Origin: an uncultured Muribaculaceae bacterium
GTDB taxonomy: Bacteria > Bacteroidota > Bacteroidia > Bacteroidales > Muribaculaceae
Reading direction: 5' to 3'
DNA length: 64,000 nt
NCBI GenBank assembly: GCA_910577355.1
Contig: CAJTMY010000005.1
Coordinates: 25,095 to 89,094, forward strand
Shown in pieces: positions 8,274 to 19,638 of this stretch (its first letter is position 1; every line of letters starts with the position of its first letter). The notes below the pieces were generated by a model, which saw only the letters and a list, made by a program, of their open reading frames with translations, did not search any database and was not told the DNA's origin. The translations under genes were made by a program, and so were the position numbers.

Positions 8274-8738
8274 TCAGTCTATTTCGTCGGGAGCGTAAGT
8301 GGCTTCAATGATGGGCATAGGATAGTTGAAAATTTCTTCTGGACGGAAGAATCGGTCTATCTCTATCACTGCATTCTCGGGAGTGTCGGAGGCGTGGATG
8401 ATGTTTTCCTGACCCGACATCCCGAAATCGCCCCGGATAGTGCCTGCGGCTGCATTGCGGCAGTTGGTGGCGCCCGTCATAGAGCGTACGACGGCTACGG
8501 AATCTTTGCCTTTCAGCACCATTACTATGACCGGTGTGCGTGTCATCGACTTGACGAGGGCAGGAAAGAAAGGGCGGTCGACGAGGTGTGCGTAGTGTAC
8601 ACGCAGTATCTTTTCGTCGAGCTGCATCATCTTTATACCCGCTATGATGAGACCCTTGCGCTGAAAGCGTGTGAGCACGTCGCCGCACAGGCTGCGTTGG
8701 ATGGCTGATGGTTTTAAGATTACGAAGGTCTGCTCCAT
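8274..8738 (-). CDS. ndk: Nucleoside-diphosphate kinase
   Basis: MEQTFVILKPSAIQR...GATNCRNAAAGTIRGDFG...NIIHASD, containing the catalytic NxxH motif. Confidence 0.95.
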   Translation of the reverse strand: MEQTFVILKPSAIQRSLCGDVLTRFQRKGLIIAGIKMMQLDEKILRVHYAHLVDRPFFPALVKSMTRTPVIVMVLKGKDSVAVVRSMTGATNCRNAAAGTIRGDFGMSGQENIIHASDTPENAVIEIDRFFRPEEIFNYPMPIIEATYAPDEID

Positions 8739-8780
8739 GGCAAATTGTTAAAATTGATGGATGTGATGGTTCTCACTTTT

Positions 8781-8788
8781 CAAAGTTA
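8781..8788 (-). promoter_or_regulatory. Candidate -7 promoter box TAACTTTG for ndk
   Basis: Exact TAnnTTTG match on the minus strand, about 43 nt upstream of the ndk ATG. Confidence 0.45.
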
Positions 8789-8960
8789 CGAAAAATGGCC
8801 GGAAATGGCGATTTTTTGCTGCTTAAAAATTCTTAATGGAAGAGGCTTAATATGTGCAGTCTTGTAAATCGGCTGATTTTCAGTAATATGCGGAAAATAT
8901 GTTTTACAACATATTTTAAACAATCGTAGCGGTGCGCTGTGTGCTGTATTGGAGAAATGT

Positions 8961-9005
8961 TAAAAACAAAAGCACCTGTGTGCCGTTATGTGGGCCAGGT
9001 GCTTT
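8961..9005 (-). terminator. Intrinsic terminator downstream of dnaJ
   Basis: 10-bp stem caggtgcttt (8996-9005) / aaagcacctg (8969-8978). On the minus strand it is followed by TTTGTTTTTA. Confidence 0.7.
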
Positions 9006-9039
9006 CGGATATAGGTTGTACGGGATGATAGTGTGTCTG

Positions 9040-10230
9040 TCACTCGAAAATATGTTTCAGTTTGGAGAATATCCGTTTTTTCTGATCTTCGTCGGGAGTC
9101 ACATTAGGCGAGTTTCTCATTGCCTCGAATGCCTTGCGCTCGTCATCGTTGAGCTTTTCGGGGATATATACCATCACGTTGATAAGCTCGTCTCCACGTT
9201 GCTGTGGATAATCGGTGGACGGCAGCCCTTTGCCGCGCATACGCAGCACTTTGCCCGGCTGTGTGCCCGGCGCTATGTTCAGGCGTGCGCGGCCTCCAAT
9301 GGTCGGTACTTCCACTGTGCCGCCGAGTGTGGCCGTGGGAAGGTCGAGCATGAGATTGTATATCACATCCTGTCCGTCGCGTATCAGTTCGGGGTGTTTG
9401 ATCTCCTCGATCACTACAAGCAGGTTGCCGCGTATGCCGCCGTGACGTGGTGCGTTACCCTTGCCTTTCACAGTGAGTGTCATGCCGTCGGATACGCCGG
9501 CGGGGATGGTGAACGATACCTGTTCGTCTTTTCTCACCACACCTTCGCCGCGGCAGTAGCCGCATTGCTCGGATATCACCTTGCCGGTTCCTTCGCATGT
9601 AGGACATGTGGCATTGACCTGTTCTATGCCGAAGAAGCTTTGGTGTTGTTCTATCACGCTGCCTGTGCCGTGGCATGTAGGGCAGGTGGAGAATGCAGTG
9701 CCGTCCTTGGCGCCTGTGCCGTTGCAGTGATCGCAAGCCACGAATGTGGGGATCTTGAGATTCTTGGTCACGCCGTTTGCTATTTCGTCAAGGGACAGTT
9801 TCACGCGTATGCGCAGATCGGTGCCGCGACGCTGGCGCTGCTGGCGTGCACGTGACGACCCTGTGGCACTGCCGAAGCCTCCCATGTTTGAGTAGCGGCC
9901 ACCGAAAATATCGCCGAATTGCTCGAAGATATCCTCCATAGAGAAGCCGCCGGCATGGAAACCGCTGAAACCGCCGCCGAAGCCGCCGCCACCGAATCCC
10001 TGCGGGCCCATGGAATGACCGAACTGGTCGTATTTCTGCCGCTTATCGTCATTTGACAGGACATCATATGCCTCGGCGGCCTCTTTGAATTTTTCCTCAG
10101 CCTCCTTGTCGCCCGGATTTTTGTCCGGGTGATATTTGATGGCCATCTTGCGATAGGCCTTCTTTATCTCGTCGGGAGTGGCGGTCTTGCTCACGCCCAG
10201 CACCTCATAATAATCGCGCTTATTGTCCAT
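9040..10230 (-). CDS. dnaJ: Molecular chaperone DnaJ
   Basis: J-domain DYYEVLGV...[14 protein letters not shown], a G/F-rich linker, and four CxxCxGxG zinc-finger repeats. Confidence 0.97.
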   Translation of the reverse strand: MDNKRDYYEVLGVSKTATPDEIKKAYRKMAIKYHPDKNPGDKEAEEKFKEAAEAYDVLSNDDKRQKYDQFGHSMGPQGFGGGGFGGGFSGFHAGGFSMEDIFEQFGDIFGGRYSNMGGFGSATGSSRARQQRQRRGTDLRIRVKLSLDEIANGVTKNLKIPTFVACDHCNGTGAKDGTAFSTCPTCHGTGSVIEQHQSFFGIEQVNATCPTCEGTGKVISEQCGYCRGEGVVRKDEQVSFTIPAGVSDGMTLTVKGKGNAPRHGGIRGNLLVVIEEIKHPELIRDGQDVIYNLMLDLPTATLGGTVEVPTIGGRARLNIAPGTQPGKVLRMRGKGLPSTDYPQQRGDELINVMVYIPEKLNDDERKAFEAMRNSPNVTPDEDQKKRIFSKLKHIFE

Positions 10231-10261
10231 AATCAGCTCGTTGTAGCAATATAATAATGTG

Positions 10262-10852
10262 TCATTCGCCTACAGCCACTTTGGCATGGCGGAGCACCTT
10301 ATCGTTGATCATGTAACCGCGGGTGGTGGTATCCATCACTTTGCCTCTGAGGTCTTCGCTCGGTGCGGGAATCGTGGCTATCGCCTCATGGAAGTCGGGG
10401 TCGAATATCTGGCCGGTGGATTCCATCGGTTTGACGCCGTTGTCGGCAAGATATCTGAGCAGCTTGTTGTATATCAGTTCCATGCCTTCGCGTACGGCTG
10501 CTGCCTCCTCGGCGTCTTTTGTGGCCTGTAGTCCGCGCTCGAAGTCATCGACTATAGGCAATAGCCCTTTCAGTACCTTCTCGCCTGCATTGCGCAGCAG
10601 TTCCTCCCGCTCTTTGAGCATCCGTTTGCGGTAATTGTCAAAGTCGGCGCGAAGAAAGAGATAGTCTTTCTTCTCTTTCTCAAGGTCTTCGGTAAGCTGT
10701 TGTATTTTCTGAAGCATCGCTTCGGCCTCGTTTCCGGTGACATCGGCCTCGTCAATATCGGTGTCTGTATCGTCGAGAACGTCTTCTATTTCAGGGGCGT
10801 CGACAGGTTGTTCTTTTATTTTTGGTGTATCTTTATCTTTTTTCTGGCTCAT
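10262..10852 (-). CDS. grpE: Nucleotide exchange factor GrpE
   Basis: Acidic N-terminus, then [14 protein letters not shown]...[11 protein letters not shown]. Located immediately upstream of dnaJ. Confidence 0.93.
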   Translation of the reverse strand: MSQKKDKDTPKIKEQPVDAPEIEDVLDDTDTDIDEADVTGNEAEAMLQKIQQLTEDLEKEKKDYLFLRADFDNYRKRMLKEREELLRNAGEKVLKGLLPIVDDFERGLQATKDAEEAAAVREGMELIYNKLLRYLADNGVKPMESTGQIFDPDFHEAIATIPAPSEDLRGKVMDTTTRGYMINDKVLRHAKVAVGE

Positions 10853-10954
10853 GACTGAATGTATTTGGCGTTAGATATGCAAAAACTTTGCCAAAACTCC
10901 TCGAACTGGAGTATTTGCTGAAAATAATAACAAAAACGGTGCTTGATCGTTCAA

Positions 10955-11788
10955 TTATAATGCGTGGCATACCCGGCTATCGCAGTCGGTGAATTCCATG
11001 GAAGCTTTTTGTGCCAAAATGTCATCGGCGAATATGCCAAAAACTGCCGCTCCCGAACCTGTCATCGATGCATATTCGGCTCCGAGGGATATCATGCGGC
11101 GTTTGATGTCGGCCACTGCCGGCAATCTGGGAAATACCGACAATTCGAAATCGTTGCGAAGTACGGGTGCCCATTTTGACGGCTGCATATCCACGATAGT
11201 GCGAAAGTCGGTGTCGCATGGCGAGGGTTGCACGCCTTCGTATGCCTCTTTGGTGGATACCGACGCTACACGTGGCTTGGCTATGAGTATAGCCCGGTTA
11301 TGGACTCCGGTTACAGTGCATGGCTCGATGTCTGTGCCAGTGCCTGTGCATAGGGCCGGCTTGTTGTAGATGAAAAAAGGGCAGTCGGCACCGACGGCCG
11401 CGGCAATCTGGGCCAGCGCATCATTGTCGAGACCGAGATTGTACAGCTCGTTGAGACCGATGAGGGCGAATGACGCGTCGGCTGAGCCACCTCCCATCCC
11501 TGCTCCGTCCGGTATAATCTTTTCGAGATAGAAATGTGTCGGCGGTAGCCCGCCTGTCACACCGGCAAGCGCGTTGTATGCCTTCATCACCAGATTCTTT
11601 TCGGGCGGGCAGTCTACGGTTCTCCCATATGTCGTGAGTGTGGTGTGTAGGTTGCCGGCGGGGACTATCTCAAGGATGTCGCACCAGTCGACGGGCAACA
11701 TTATTGTGGCGATATCATGATAGCCGTCGGGGCGCCGGCGCTCTACGGCCAGGCCAAGATTTATCTTTGCGTTGGGGTATAGAATCAT
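10955..11788 (-). CDS. ispE: 4-(cytidine 5'-diphospho)-2-C-methyl-D-erythritol kinase
   Basis: N-terminal segment PNAKINLGLAVERRRPDGYHDI and GHMP-kinase motif IPDGAGMGGGSADAS. Confidence 0.92.
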   Translation of the reverse strand: MILYPNAKINLGLAVERRRPDGYHDIATIMLPVDWCDILEIVPAGNLHTTLTTYGRTVDCPPEKNLVMKAYNALAGVTGGLPPTHFYLEKIIPDGAGMGGGSADASFALIGLNELYNLGLDNDALAQIAAAVGADCPFFIYNKPALCTGTGTDIEPCTVTGVHNRAILIAKPRVASVSTKEAYEGVQPSPCDTDFRTIVDMQPSKWAPVLRNDFELSVFPRLPAVADIKRRMISLGAEYASMTGSGAAVFGIFADDILAQKASMEFTDCDSRVCHAL

Positions 11789-11792
11789 GGCG

Positions 11793-11800
11793 CAAAGTTA
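11793..11800 (-). promoter_or_regulatory. Candidate -7 box TAACTTTG only 4 nt upstream of the ispE ATG (possible leaderless transcript)
   Basis: Exact TAnnTTTG match on the minus strand. The spacing leaves essentially no 5' UTR. Confidence 0.3.
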
Positions 11801-11953
11801 GCAAAAATGTATATGCCGGCTGCATCGGATGTGTCGAAAAATATATTTTTGTACAGAAACCGGCCTGAAAAGCTTCTTTATGTTTTTTAAGCCGTGTGTT
11901 TGCCGGACTTGTAAAAACGTTAAGATTTTTTAGGGTTTTTCCGAATTAATCAT

Positions 11954-11961
11954 TAACTTTG
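11954..11961 (+). promoter_or_regulatory. Candidate -7 promoter box TAACTTTG for the nuo/atp block
   Basis: Exact TAnnTTTG match about 145 nt upstream of the nuoA ATG. It is the only consensus box I found upstream of or inside the 12107-29448 block's intergenic gaps. Confidence 0.5.
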
Positions 11962-12106
11962 CACACAGAAATACCTGAAATATGCCTTGATGTATAGGTC
12001 TTGGAAAGCGCAAACGGGTGATTAGCAAAGCAATGCCTGTCATGACAGCACCTCTTATGACTTGGACTGAAAGCAACCGGCTACAGATAACAATAATAGA
12101 AATAAT

Positions 12107-12487
12107 ATGATACCATTAGCCATTTTTGGAATCGAGAACAGCGGAGTGCTCGCCATCACGGCACTTCTTACTGGTGTCGCACTTGTGGCGCTGGCCATGT
12201 GGATCGCCGGGCTTATCTCGCCCCGCTCGTTCAATCCGCAGAAAGGCGAGGCCTACGAATGCGGCATCCCCACCCGCGGCGAAAGCATGTCGCAGTTTCA
12301 TGTGGGTTATTATTTGTTTGCAATCCTGTTCCTGATGTTCGACGTCGAGACTGTGTTCCTGTTTCCCTGGGCCGTGCGCATGCAGGCTCTCGGCGCTCAG
12401 GGTATCATCAGTATCGCCGTCTTTTTCGGCGTCTTAGTGCTGGGACTTGTCTATGCCTGGCGGAAAGGAGCACTTGAATGGAAGTAA
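12107..12487 (+). CDS. nuoA: NADH-quinone oxidoreductase subunit A
   Basis: 126 aa with 3 TM helices and the segments GEAYECG and YYLFAILFLMFDVETVFLFPW. Confidence 0.93.
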   Translation: MIPLAIFGIENSGVLAITALLTGVALVALAMWIAGLISPRSFNPQKGEAYECGIPTRGESMSQFHVGYYLFAILFLMFDVETVFLFPWAVRMQALGAQGIISIAVFFGVLVLGLVYAWRKGALEWK

Positions 12488-13086
12488 CTACCAAGAGCAT
12501 GCCCTACGAGGCATGGAAAGATAACGAGTATATAGAAGGACTCGTGAAGGAGCTGCAGGAGAGCGGCACCAATGTCATAGTCGGCTCTTTTGACAAGCTC
12601 ATCAACTGGGGGCGGTCCAACTCTCTCTGGCCACTCACTTTTGCCACCAGTTGCTGCGGCATCGAATTCGTGTCGCTCGGTGCGGCGCGTTTCGATATGG
12701 CGCGTTTTGGCTGGGAAGTAGCGCGTGCCTCGCCACGTCAGGCCGACTTCATGATGGTCGCCGGTACTATTGTGAACCGCATGGTGCCTGTGTTCCGTCG
12801 TCTCTACGATCAGCTCGCCGAGCCCAAGTATGTCATAGCCTGTGGATCCTGTGCCATCTCGGGCGGCCCGTTCCGCAAGAGCTACCATGTGGCCAAGGGC
12901 ATCGAGGATATCGTCCCCGTAGACGTGTTTGTGCCGGGCTGTCCTCCGCGTCCCGAAGCCATGATATACGGTATCATGCAGCTCTCGCGCAAGATAAAGG
13001 TGGAAAAATTCTTCGGCGGCGTGAACCGTCAGGAAAGCCGTGAGGAATTTCTTGCAAAGCATCCAATCCCCACCGACGGAGAATGA
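12478..13086 (+). CDS. nuoB: NADH-quinone oxidoreductase subunit B
   Basis: N2-cluster motifs SLWPLTFATSCCGIE, GSCAISGGPF and PGCPPRPE. Confidence 0.95.
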   Translation: MEVTTKSMPYEAWKDNEYIEGLVKELQESGTNVIVGSFDKLINWGRSNSLWPLTFATSCCGIEFVSLGAARFDMARFGWEVARASPRQADFMMVAGTIVNRMVPVFRRLYDQLAEPKYVIACGSCAISGGPFRKSYHVAKGIEDIVPVDVFVPGCPPRPEAMIYGIMQLSRKIKVEKFFGGVNRQESREEFLAKHPIPTDGE

Positions 13087-13133
13087 CCGTCGCATCCAAT
13101 TATTAATCAAAGCCTCAAACCAATCGAAAAGCA

Positions 13134-14765
13134 ATGGCTAATATACAGGAAAAGATTGCCGAACTCTTCCCCGCCGCCACCGTCGGAAACGATAACTCCG
13201 GTATAGTTCAGATTACCGTCGCCGACGAGCAGTGGCACGAAATGGCAAAGACCCTCCGCGACGACCCCGACACTTCGATGGACTATCTTGTCACCATCGT
13301 CGGTATGGATTGGGTGGATAAACTCGGCTGCATCTATTATCTGATGTCGACAAAGCACAACACCATGTGCTCCGTTAGAGTGACTGCCCCCGACCGCGAC
13401 AAACCATACATGCACTCCGTGTCCGACCTGTGGCGTATCGCCGAGATATACGAACGCGAAGTATACGATTTCTACGGCATCATTTTCATCAACAACCCCG
13501 ATATGCGTCGCCTTTTCCTCAACATTGATTGGGTAGGCTATCCACTGCGCAAGGATTATGATGAGGATCCGTCGATCAACCCCGTCTCGATCGAGAACGA
13601 GCGCCAGACCGATCTCACCTCCGTATATAAAGAGGAGAACGGCAAAGTGGTGAAGACCGAGCGCGAGATATTCCATAAGGATGACTTTGTGGTGAATATC
13701 GGCCCGCAGCACCCCGCCACACACGGCGTGCTGCGTTTCCGTACTGCGGTCGACGGCGAGACAATCAAGAAAATCGACGTGTATATGGGCTACATACACC
13801 GTGGTGTGGAGAAGCTCTGCGAGTCGCTTCAATATCCTCAGACACTTCACTTCCTCGACCGTCTTGATTATTTCTCTGGACAGATATATCACCATGGCCT
13901 GTGTCTGCTTTATGAAAAGGCTCTTGATATTCAGGTATCGCGTCGCGCGCAGGTCATCCGTGTGATGATGGACGAGCTGTCGCGTATCGCGTCGCACTGC
14001 CTGTTCATCGGCACATACTGCATGGATCTCGGTGCCACCACGATGCTTTTCTATACCCTCCGCGTGCGTGAGCAGATTCTCGACATATTTGAAAAAAGCT
14101 GCGGCGCCCGCATGACATTCAACTATGCATGCATAGGTGGCGTGATGCAGGATATCGCTCCCGACTTTGCCGACGACGTGCGTGCCCTGCTCGCTATTCT
14201 TCCAAAGAATATAAAGGAGTACAACAAGATATTCACAGGCAACGTAATCGCCAAAAACCGTATGGAGGGCGTCGGCACTCTCTCGCGCGAAGATGCCATC
14301 TCCTATGCGATCACAGGGCCTTCGGGACGCGCTTCCGGTTGGGCCTGCGACATGCGTAAACTGCAACCCTATTCCATCTATGGCGAACTTGATTTCGATG
14401 AGGTAGTGCGTGAGGAAGGCGATTCTATGGCCCGTTTCAAGGTGCGTATGGACGAGATGGAGCAGAGTGCCCGCATTCTTTCCCAGCTTGTCGACAATAT
14501 TCCAGACGGCGAGTATTGTGTGAAAGTGCCTAAGGTGGTGAAACTTCCGAAAGGCCAATGGTTCCAGCTCGTCGAGGGTTGCCGCGGCGCATTCGGCGTG
14601 TATGTCGAGAGCGACGGCTCCACCAAGCCTTTCCGTCTCAAGATCGCTCCCCCATGTCTGCCTCTCGCAGCCGTTGTCGACCATATCACTCAGGGCAGCA
14701 AGATTGCCGACCTTATCACAATCGGCGGCTCGCTCGATTATATCGTACCCGACATGGATCGCTAA
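13134..14765 (+). CDS. nuoCD: NADH-quinone oxidoreductase fused subunit C/D
   Basis: 543 aa. The NuoC-like N-terminus contains ERE-YDFYGI. The NuoD part contains NIGPQHPATHGVLR...GYIHRGVEK...PDMDR. Confidence 0.93.
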   Translation: MANIQEKIAELFPAATVGNDNSGIVQITVADEQWHEMAKTLRDDPDTSMDYLVTIVGMDWVDKLGCIYYLMSTKHNTMCSVRVTAPDRDKPYMHSVSDLWRIAEIYEREVYDFYGIIFINNPDMRRLFLNIDWVGYPLRKDYDEDPSINPVSIENERQTDLTSVYKEENGKVVKTEREIFHKDDFVVNIGPQHPATHGVLRFRTAVDGETIKKIDVYMGYIHRGVEKLCESLQYPQTLHFLDRLDYFSGQIYHHGLCLLYEKALDIQVSRRAQVIRVMMDELSRIASHCLFIGTYCMDLGATTMLFYTLRVREQILDIFEKSCGARMTFNYACIGGVMQDIAPDFADDVRALLAILPKNIKEYNKIFTGNVIAKNRMEGVGTLSREDAISYAITGPSGRASGWACDMRKLQPYSIYGELDFDEVVREEGDSMARFKVRMDEMEQSARILSQLVDNIPDGEYCVKVPKVVKLPKGQWFQLVEGCRGAFGVYVESDGSTKPFRLKIAPPCLPLAAVVDHITQGSKIADLITIGGSLDYIVPDMDR

Positions 14766-14786
14766 ACCATTCAACCGAAAGAGACT

Positions 14787-15887
14787 ATGTATAACTTATC
14801 AGACTCCCACATTTTTGATTTCTCGAGAGTGACAGGCCCCATTCACGATTGGCTCACAGGCTTTCTGCCCGGCTGGGCCGCCACTACGGTTGAATGTGTC
14901 GCCATCGGAGTAGGCCTCCTGCTGCTCTATGCGCTGCTGGCTCTTTTCTATATCTATTTCGAACGCAAGGTATGTGCGGCTTTCCAATGCCGGCTCGGCC
15001 CCAACCGCGTAGGCCCCTTCGGTCTGCTGCAGAGCTTCGCCGACATGTTCAAGATACTTATCAAGGAGCTTATCAGCCTCAATCATATCGATAAATTCCT
15101 CTTCGCGCTTGCGCCCTACCTTGTGATCATCGCCTCGATGCTATGCTTTGCGGTGCTTCCATGGGGCGACGGCCTCCAGATCATCGATTTCAACATCGGT
15201 ATCTTCTTCCTTATCGCCTGCTCCTCGATCGGAGTCCTAGGCATACTGCTCGCGGGTTGGTCGTCAAACAACAAATTCACCCTTATCGGAGCTCTCCGTT
15301 CCGGTGCACAGATGGTCAGCTACGAGCTGTCTATCGGCCTGTCGGTCGTAACGATGGTATGCCTTGCAGGCAGCATGAGTGTCACTGATATAGTACTCGC
15401 GCAGGGCGACGGATGGTTCATATTCAAAGGCCACATTGCCGCAATCATCGCATTTGTGATCTATATGATCGCAGGTACGGCCGAGACAAACCGCGGTCCA
15501 TTCGACCTTCCCGAGGCTGAGAGCGAGCTTACAGCAGGTTACCATACTGAATACTCCGGCATTCACTTCGGCTTCTTCTATCTTGCCGAGTATCTTAACC
15601 TCTTCATCGTCTCGGGTGTGGCCACTCTGCTGTTTTTTGGCGGCTGGATGCCTCTCCACATCCCCGGCCTTGACGGATTCAATGCCGTGATGGATTATAT
15701 ACCCACTCCAATATGGTTTATCGGTAAGGCAATAGCGCTGTCGTTTGTCATCATATGGTTCAAGTGGACTTTCCCGCGTCTGCGAATCGACCAGCTGCTT
15801 ACCCTCGAATGGAAATACCTGCTGCCCATAAGCCTCTTCAATCTCGCGCTGATGGTATGCTTCATTACCCTCGGGTGGCATTTCTGA
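14787..15887 (+). CDS. nuoH: NADH-quinone oxidoreductase subunit H
   Basis: [31 protein letters not shown] and [15 protein letters not shown] motifs. Confidence 0.95.
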   Translation: MYNLSDSHIFDFSRVTGPIHDWLTGFLPGWAATTVECVAIGVGLLLLYALLALFYIYFERKVCAAFQCRLGPNRVGPFGLLQSFADMFKILIKELISLNHIDKFLFALAPYLVIIASMLCFAVLPWGDGLQIIDFNIGIFFLIACSSIGVLGILLAGWSSNNKFTLIGALRSGAQMVSYELSIGLSVVTMVCLAGSMSVTDIVLAQGDGWFIFKGHIAAIIAFVIYMIAGTAETNRGPFDLPEAESELTAGYHTEYSGIHFGFFYLAEYLNLFIVSGVATLLFFGGWMPLHIPGLDGFNAVMDYIPTPIWFIGKAIALSFVIIWFKWTFPRLRIDQLLTLEWKYLLPISLFNLALMVCFITLGWHF

Positions 15888-15908
15888 ATATATCAACGAT
15901 TTAACTAA

Positions 15909-17435
<1,527 letters not shown>

Positions 17436-17456
17436 CAATACATTAAAACGACCGAC

Positions 17457-17690
17457 ATGACACTTAAAATAATATCCGCGCAGGAAGTCGTATTCGAGGG
17501 AGAGGTGTCCTCAGTGACACTTCCGGGCACGATGGGAGCGTTCACAGTGCTGCACAACCATGCCTCGCTTGTATCGACACTCTCGGCCGGCGAGATCATC
17601 TACACTGTCGGTGGCGACCGCCGGCAGCATGCTATCGGCGGCGGACTCGCCGACGTGGATAATAACATCGTGTCTGTCTGCTTATATTAA
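17457..17690 (+). CDS. atpC: F0F1 ATP synthase subunit epsilon (short form, beta-sandwich domain only)
   Basis: 77 aa: LKIISAQEVVFEGEVSSVTLPGTMGAFTVLHNHASLVS. It follows atpD by 21 nt. There is no C-terminal helical hairpin. Confidence 0.85.
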   Translation: MTLKIISAQEVVFEGEVSSVTLPGTMGAFTVLHNHASLVSTLSAGEIIYTVGGDRRQHAIGGGLADVDNNIVSVCLY

Positions 17691-17694
17691 GGCC

Positions 17695-18807
17695 ATGACC
17701 AGATATATCTGCATTCTCCTCCTGTCGCTGTTCATGTGTGCGGTGCCCGCGAATGCTTCGGGTACTGCCGATGAATCGCACGGAGATAAGATCAATCCCA
17801 AGGAAATCATCTTCGAGCACCTCGGCGACGGATATGGCTGGGAAGTGCCTTTCAATCATCACAAGCGTATCCCGCTGCCGATAATAGTATTTGGCTCCGA
17901 CGGTCTGCACATCTTTTCGTCGGCGCGTGTCACCGACGGACAGGTGTACAAGGACGGCAACGCCACATTCAAGATATCGACCGACGAGGAAGGCGGTCAT
18001 CACGGCAAGCTCGTCGAGATTGTAGACGGAAAAGAGGTTCGTCCTTTCGACATCTCCATTACCAAAAACGTGTGCGCGCTGTTTCTTGCGGTGATATTTG
18101 TAGCCTCGCTCCTCATATGGCTTGCGCGCCATCACAAGGCCAACGGATTCAAGGCTCCACGCAAAGGGCTCGGTGCCATCGAGGCACTAGTGACATTCAT
18201 CTACGACGGAGTCATCAAGTCGACCCTCCACGACAAAGCCCGCAAGTTCGCGCCCTATCTGCTCACGGTGTTCTTCTTTATTCTGGGCATGAACCTGCTC
18301 GGCCTCATAGTGGTCTTTCCCGGTGGTGCCAACCTCACGGGCAACATCGCCGTTACGCTTGTACTCGCGATTCTTACGTTTCTTGTCACTAACATCTGGG
18401 GCACGAAGCACTATTGGAAAGAGATATTCTGGCCCGATGTGCCCCTGTGGCTCAAGTTCCCGCTGCCCATCATGCCTATAATCGAGATATTCGGCATGTT
18501 CACAAAGCCCGCGGCACTTACCGTTCGACTGTTCGCCAACATGATGGGCGGCCATATGATTGTGCTTGTGCTCACACTGCTCATATTCATCTTCGCGGCC
18601 GTGAATCCGGTAGCCGGCGGCGCCACGACGGTGGTGTCGGTGCTGTTCTCGATATTCATGCTGCTGATAGATGTTCTGGTAAGTTTCATCCAGGCATATG
18701 TGTTCACAATGCTGTCCACGATATTCATCTCGCTCGCCCAGCAGCACGAAGAACATAAGAAAGATGAAAAACAGGCTGCCGCACCGGCTGTGGCGTCTGC
18801 CCGATAA
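17695..18807 (+). CDS. atpB: F0F1 ATP synthase subunit a with a long N-terminal extension
   Basis: The C-terminal part has the LTVRLFANMMGGH essential-Arg motif. I chose the start at MTRYICILLL (17695), 4 nt after atpC, over the overlapping ORF-track start at 17560. Confidence 0.9.
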   Translation: MTRYICILLLSLFMCAVPANASGTADESHGDKINPKEIIFEHLGDGYGWEVPFNHHKRIPLPIIVFGSDGLHIFSSARVTDGQVYKDGNATFKISTDEEGGHHGKLVEIVDGKEVRPFDISITKNVCALFLAVIFVASLLIWLARHHKANGFKAPRKGLGAIEALVTFIYDGVIKSTLHDKARKFAPYLLTVFFFILGMNLLGLIVVFPGGANLTGNIAVTLVLAILTFLVTNIWGTKHYWKEIFWPDVPLWLKFPLPIMPIIEIFGMFTKPAALTVRLFANMMGGHMIVLVLTLLIFIFAAVNPVAGGATTVVSVLFSIFMLLIDVLVSFIQAYVFTMLSTIFISLAQQHEEHKKDEKQAAAPAVASAR

Positions 18808-19107
<300 letters not shown>

Positions 19108-19134
19108 GCATCGTAACCTAACTCCCTAAAGCAC

Positions 19135-19629
19135 ATGGAACTATTCACCCCCGACTTCGGCCTCATCTTTTGGATGTTCGTGGCCTTCGCCGTCCTCTTC
19201 TTCATATTGTGGAAGTGGGCATGGCCCGTAGTCCTCAAGACCGTTGACTCGCGTGCCGATTTGATCGACAAGGGAGTGGAATATGCCCAAAGCGCCAAAG
19301 AACAGCTCGACCACGCCCGCGAAAGCGCGCAGGCCGTGCTTGATGACGTCCGCAAGCAGCAGGCCGACATTCTGCGCGAAGCCGATAAGCTCAAGACTCA
19401 GATAGTGGAGCAGGCTCGTTCGGCAGCGCAGGTCGAGGCGCAGAAAGTCATGGACAGCGCCAAGATGCAGATCGAACAGCAACAGAAAGAAGCCCAACTA
19501 CAATTCCGCAACCAAGTCAGCGAGTTTGCCCTTCAGATCGCCTCCAAAGTAGTGAAAAACGAAATGCAGGATCAGAAAGCGCAGACCCGGCTCGTCAATT
19601 CCATGCTCGACGAAATCGAAAGCAAATAA
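19135..19629 (+). CDS. atpF: F0F1 ATP synthase subunit b
   Basis: One N-terminal TM helix followed by a long charged helix. Identified by its position between atpE and atpH. Confidence 0.88.
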   Translation: MELFTPDFGLIFWMFVAFAVLFFILWKWAWPVVLKTVDSRADLIDKGVEYAQSAKEQLDHARESAQAVLDDVRKQQADILREADKLKTQIVEQARSAAQVEAQKVMDSAKMQIEQQQKEAQLQFRNQVSEFALQIASKVVKNEMQDQKAQTRLVNSMLDEIESK

Positions 19630-19638
19630 TTCAAGAAA

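Noticed and set aside
10853-10954. CIRCE-type or other heat-shock operator upstream of grpE-dnaJ.
   Set aside because: There is no TTAGCACTC-N9-GAGTGCTAA-like inverted repeat and no exact TAnnTTTG box in the 102-nt spacer, so I cannot support a regulatory call.
13107-14774. 555-aa ORF antisense to nuoCD. Similar long antisense ORFs occur at 8932-9855, 15264-16169, 33084-34079, 44554-45555, 46045-47013, 53312-54430, 55055-56203 and 57643-58686.
   Set aside because: Each lies entirely opposite a gene with unmistakable family motifs. Their translations are low-complexity (rich in G/A/V/H/R) with no recognisable motifs. They are typical shadow ORFs produced by codon bias in GC-moderate genomes.
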